From Euglena gracilis (lineage: Eukaryota): a stretch of DNA of 64,000 bases. Below the pieces are notes generated by a model. The model had not been told where the DNA came from. It ran no database searches and saw nothing but the letters and a program-made list of their open reading frames with translations. Positions 63,446-64,000 of this stretch are shown here, piece after piece. The position numbers and the translations under genes were made by a program. Every line of letters begins with the position of its first letter. Position 1 is the stretch's first letter. The stretch spans positions 10,063,521 to 10,127,520 of the forward strand of contig CP154954.1 in the NCBI GenBank assembly GCA_039621445.1, read 5' to 3'.

Positions 63446-64000
63446 CTGGGAGAGGGGGCTTCCGCCATCCGACTGGCAGGTGTTGACCAGAAAAAAAAAA
63501 CGGTGCTGGCTTGCTGGACCTGGGCGGGGGGGGGGGGGAGGGAGGGGTCCGGCTTGAGAAATTCCCTGGAATGGGGGCATAGGTTTACGATGTGGCTGAA
63601 GGCATCAAAAAGTCAAGTAATTGAATTTCCGAATATTCAAAATATTGTGTGACAAACAAGAGTAAAAAATATGTCCCATTGTGTGACAAAAATTCCCAGA
63701 GCCCTGACCGCAAAAAAATGTATGAGAATGCCACAAATATCATTGTGTGGCTTTGAATCATGATTCTTCTGAATTGACATACCCTTCTCAACCTCTGGCC
63801 AATTATTTGCCGGGCCAGGGCCGGCCATGGCTAGAACACCAAATTCGGAATGAACCATGGACCTATTAGGAGCCATTAGGGACCACATTTGCACAGTGGC
63901 CTGGGGCTGCTGAAGCTCTTGCAGTCCCATCACCGCCAGTTGGCCATCCCAGTCGGCAGGGCTTTTGCCGATAGCTAAGGTGCATTTATTACCATTCGAA

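Overview
Repeat-rich eukaryotic nuclear DNA, very probably from a photosynthetic euglenid. Evidence: many non-GT-AG introns whose ends base-pair from intron position +4 to -6 (often CAG...CTG), plus a Euglena-type plastid presequence. Three multi-exon + strand genes were rebuilt by hand: a plastid-targeted CPBP/Abi (type II CAAX) protease (~10119-21974), a type II membrane GT-A-like glycosyltransferase (~22476-35757) and a Sec14/CRAL-TRIO protein (~48986-56515). Between the last two lies an apparently full-length ~8.2 kb non-LTR retrotransposon (ORF1; ORF2 with APE, RT, RNase H, CCHC finger, an extra C-terminal region and a PIP-box-like tail; long poly(A)) in the middle of a ~3 kb (CCA)n microsatellite. 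The rest is MITEs, two CRE-like RLE retroelement 3' fragments, hairpins and mini/microsatellites. Best leads: (1) the (CCA)n-embedded LINE and its unusual appendages; (2) hAT-type MITEs (CAG...CTG ends, 8-bp TSD) whose geometry equals the 3+5 nt overhang of the nonconventional introns, with one small intron retaining a 7/8 TSD. Long G/C homopolymers suggest long-read indel errors, and most ORF-track entries are spurious. All family assignments come from motif recognition, not database searches.
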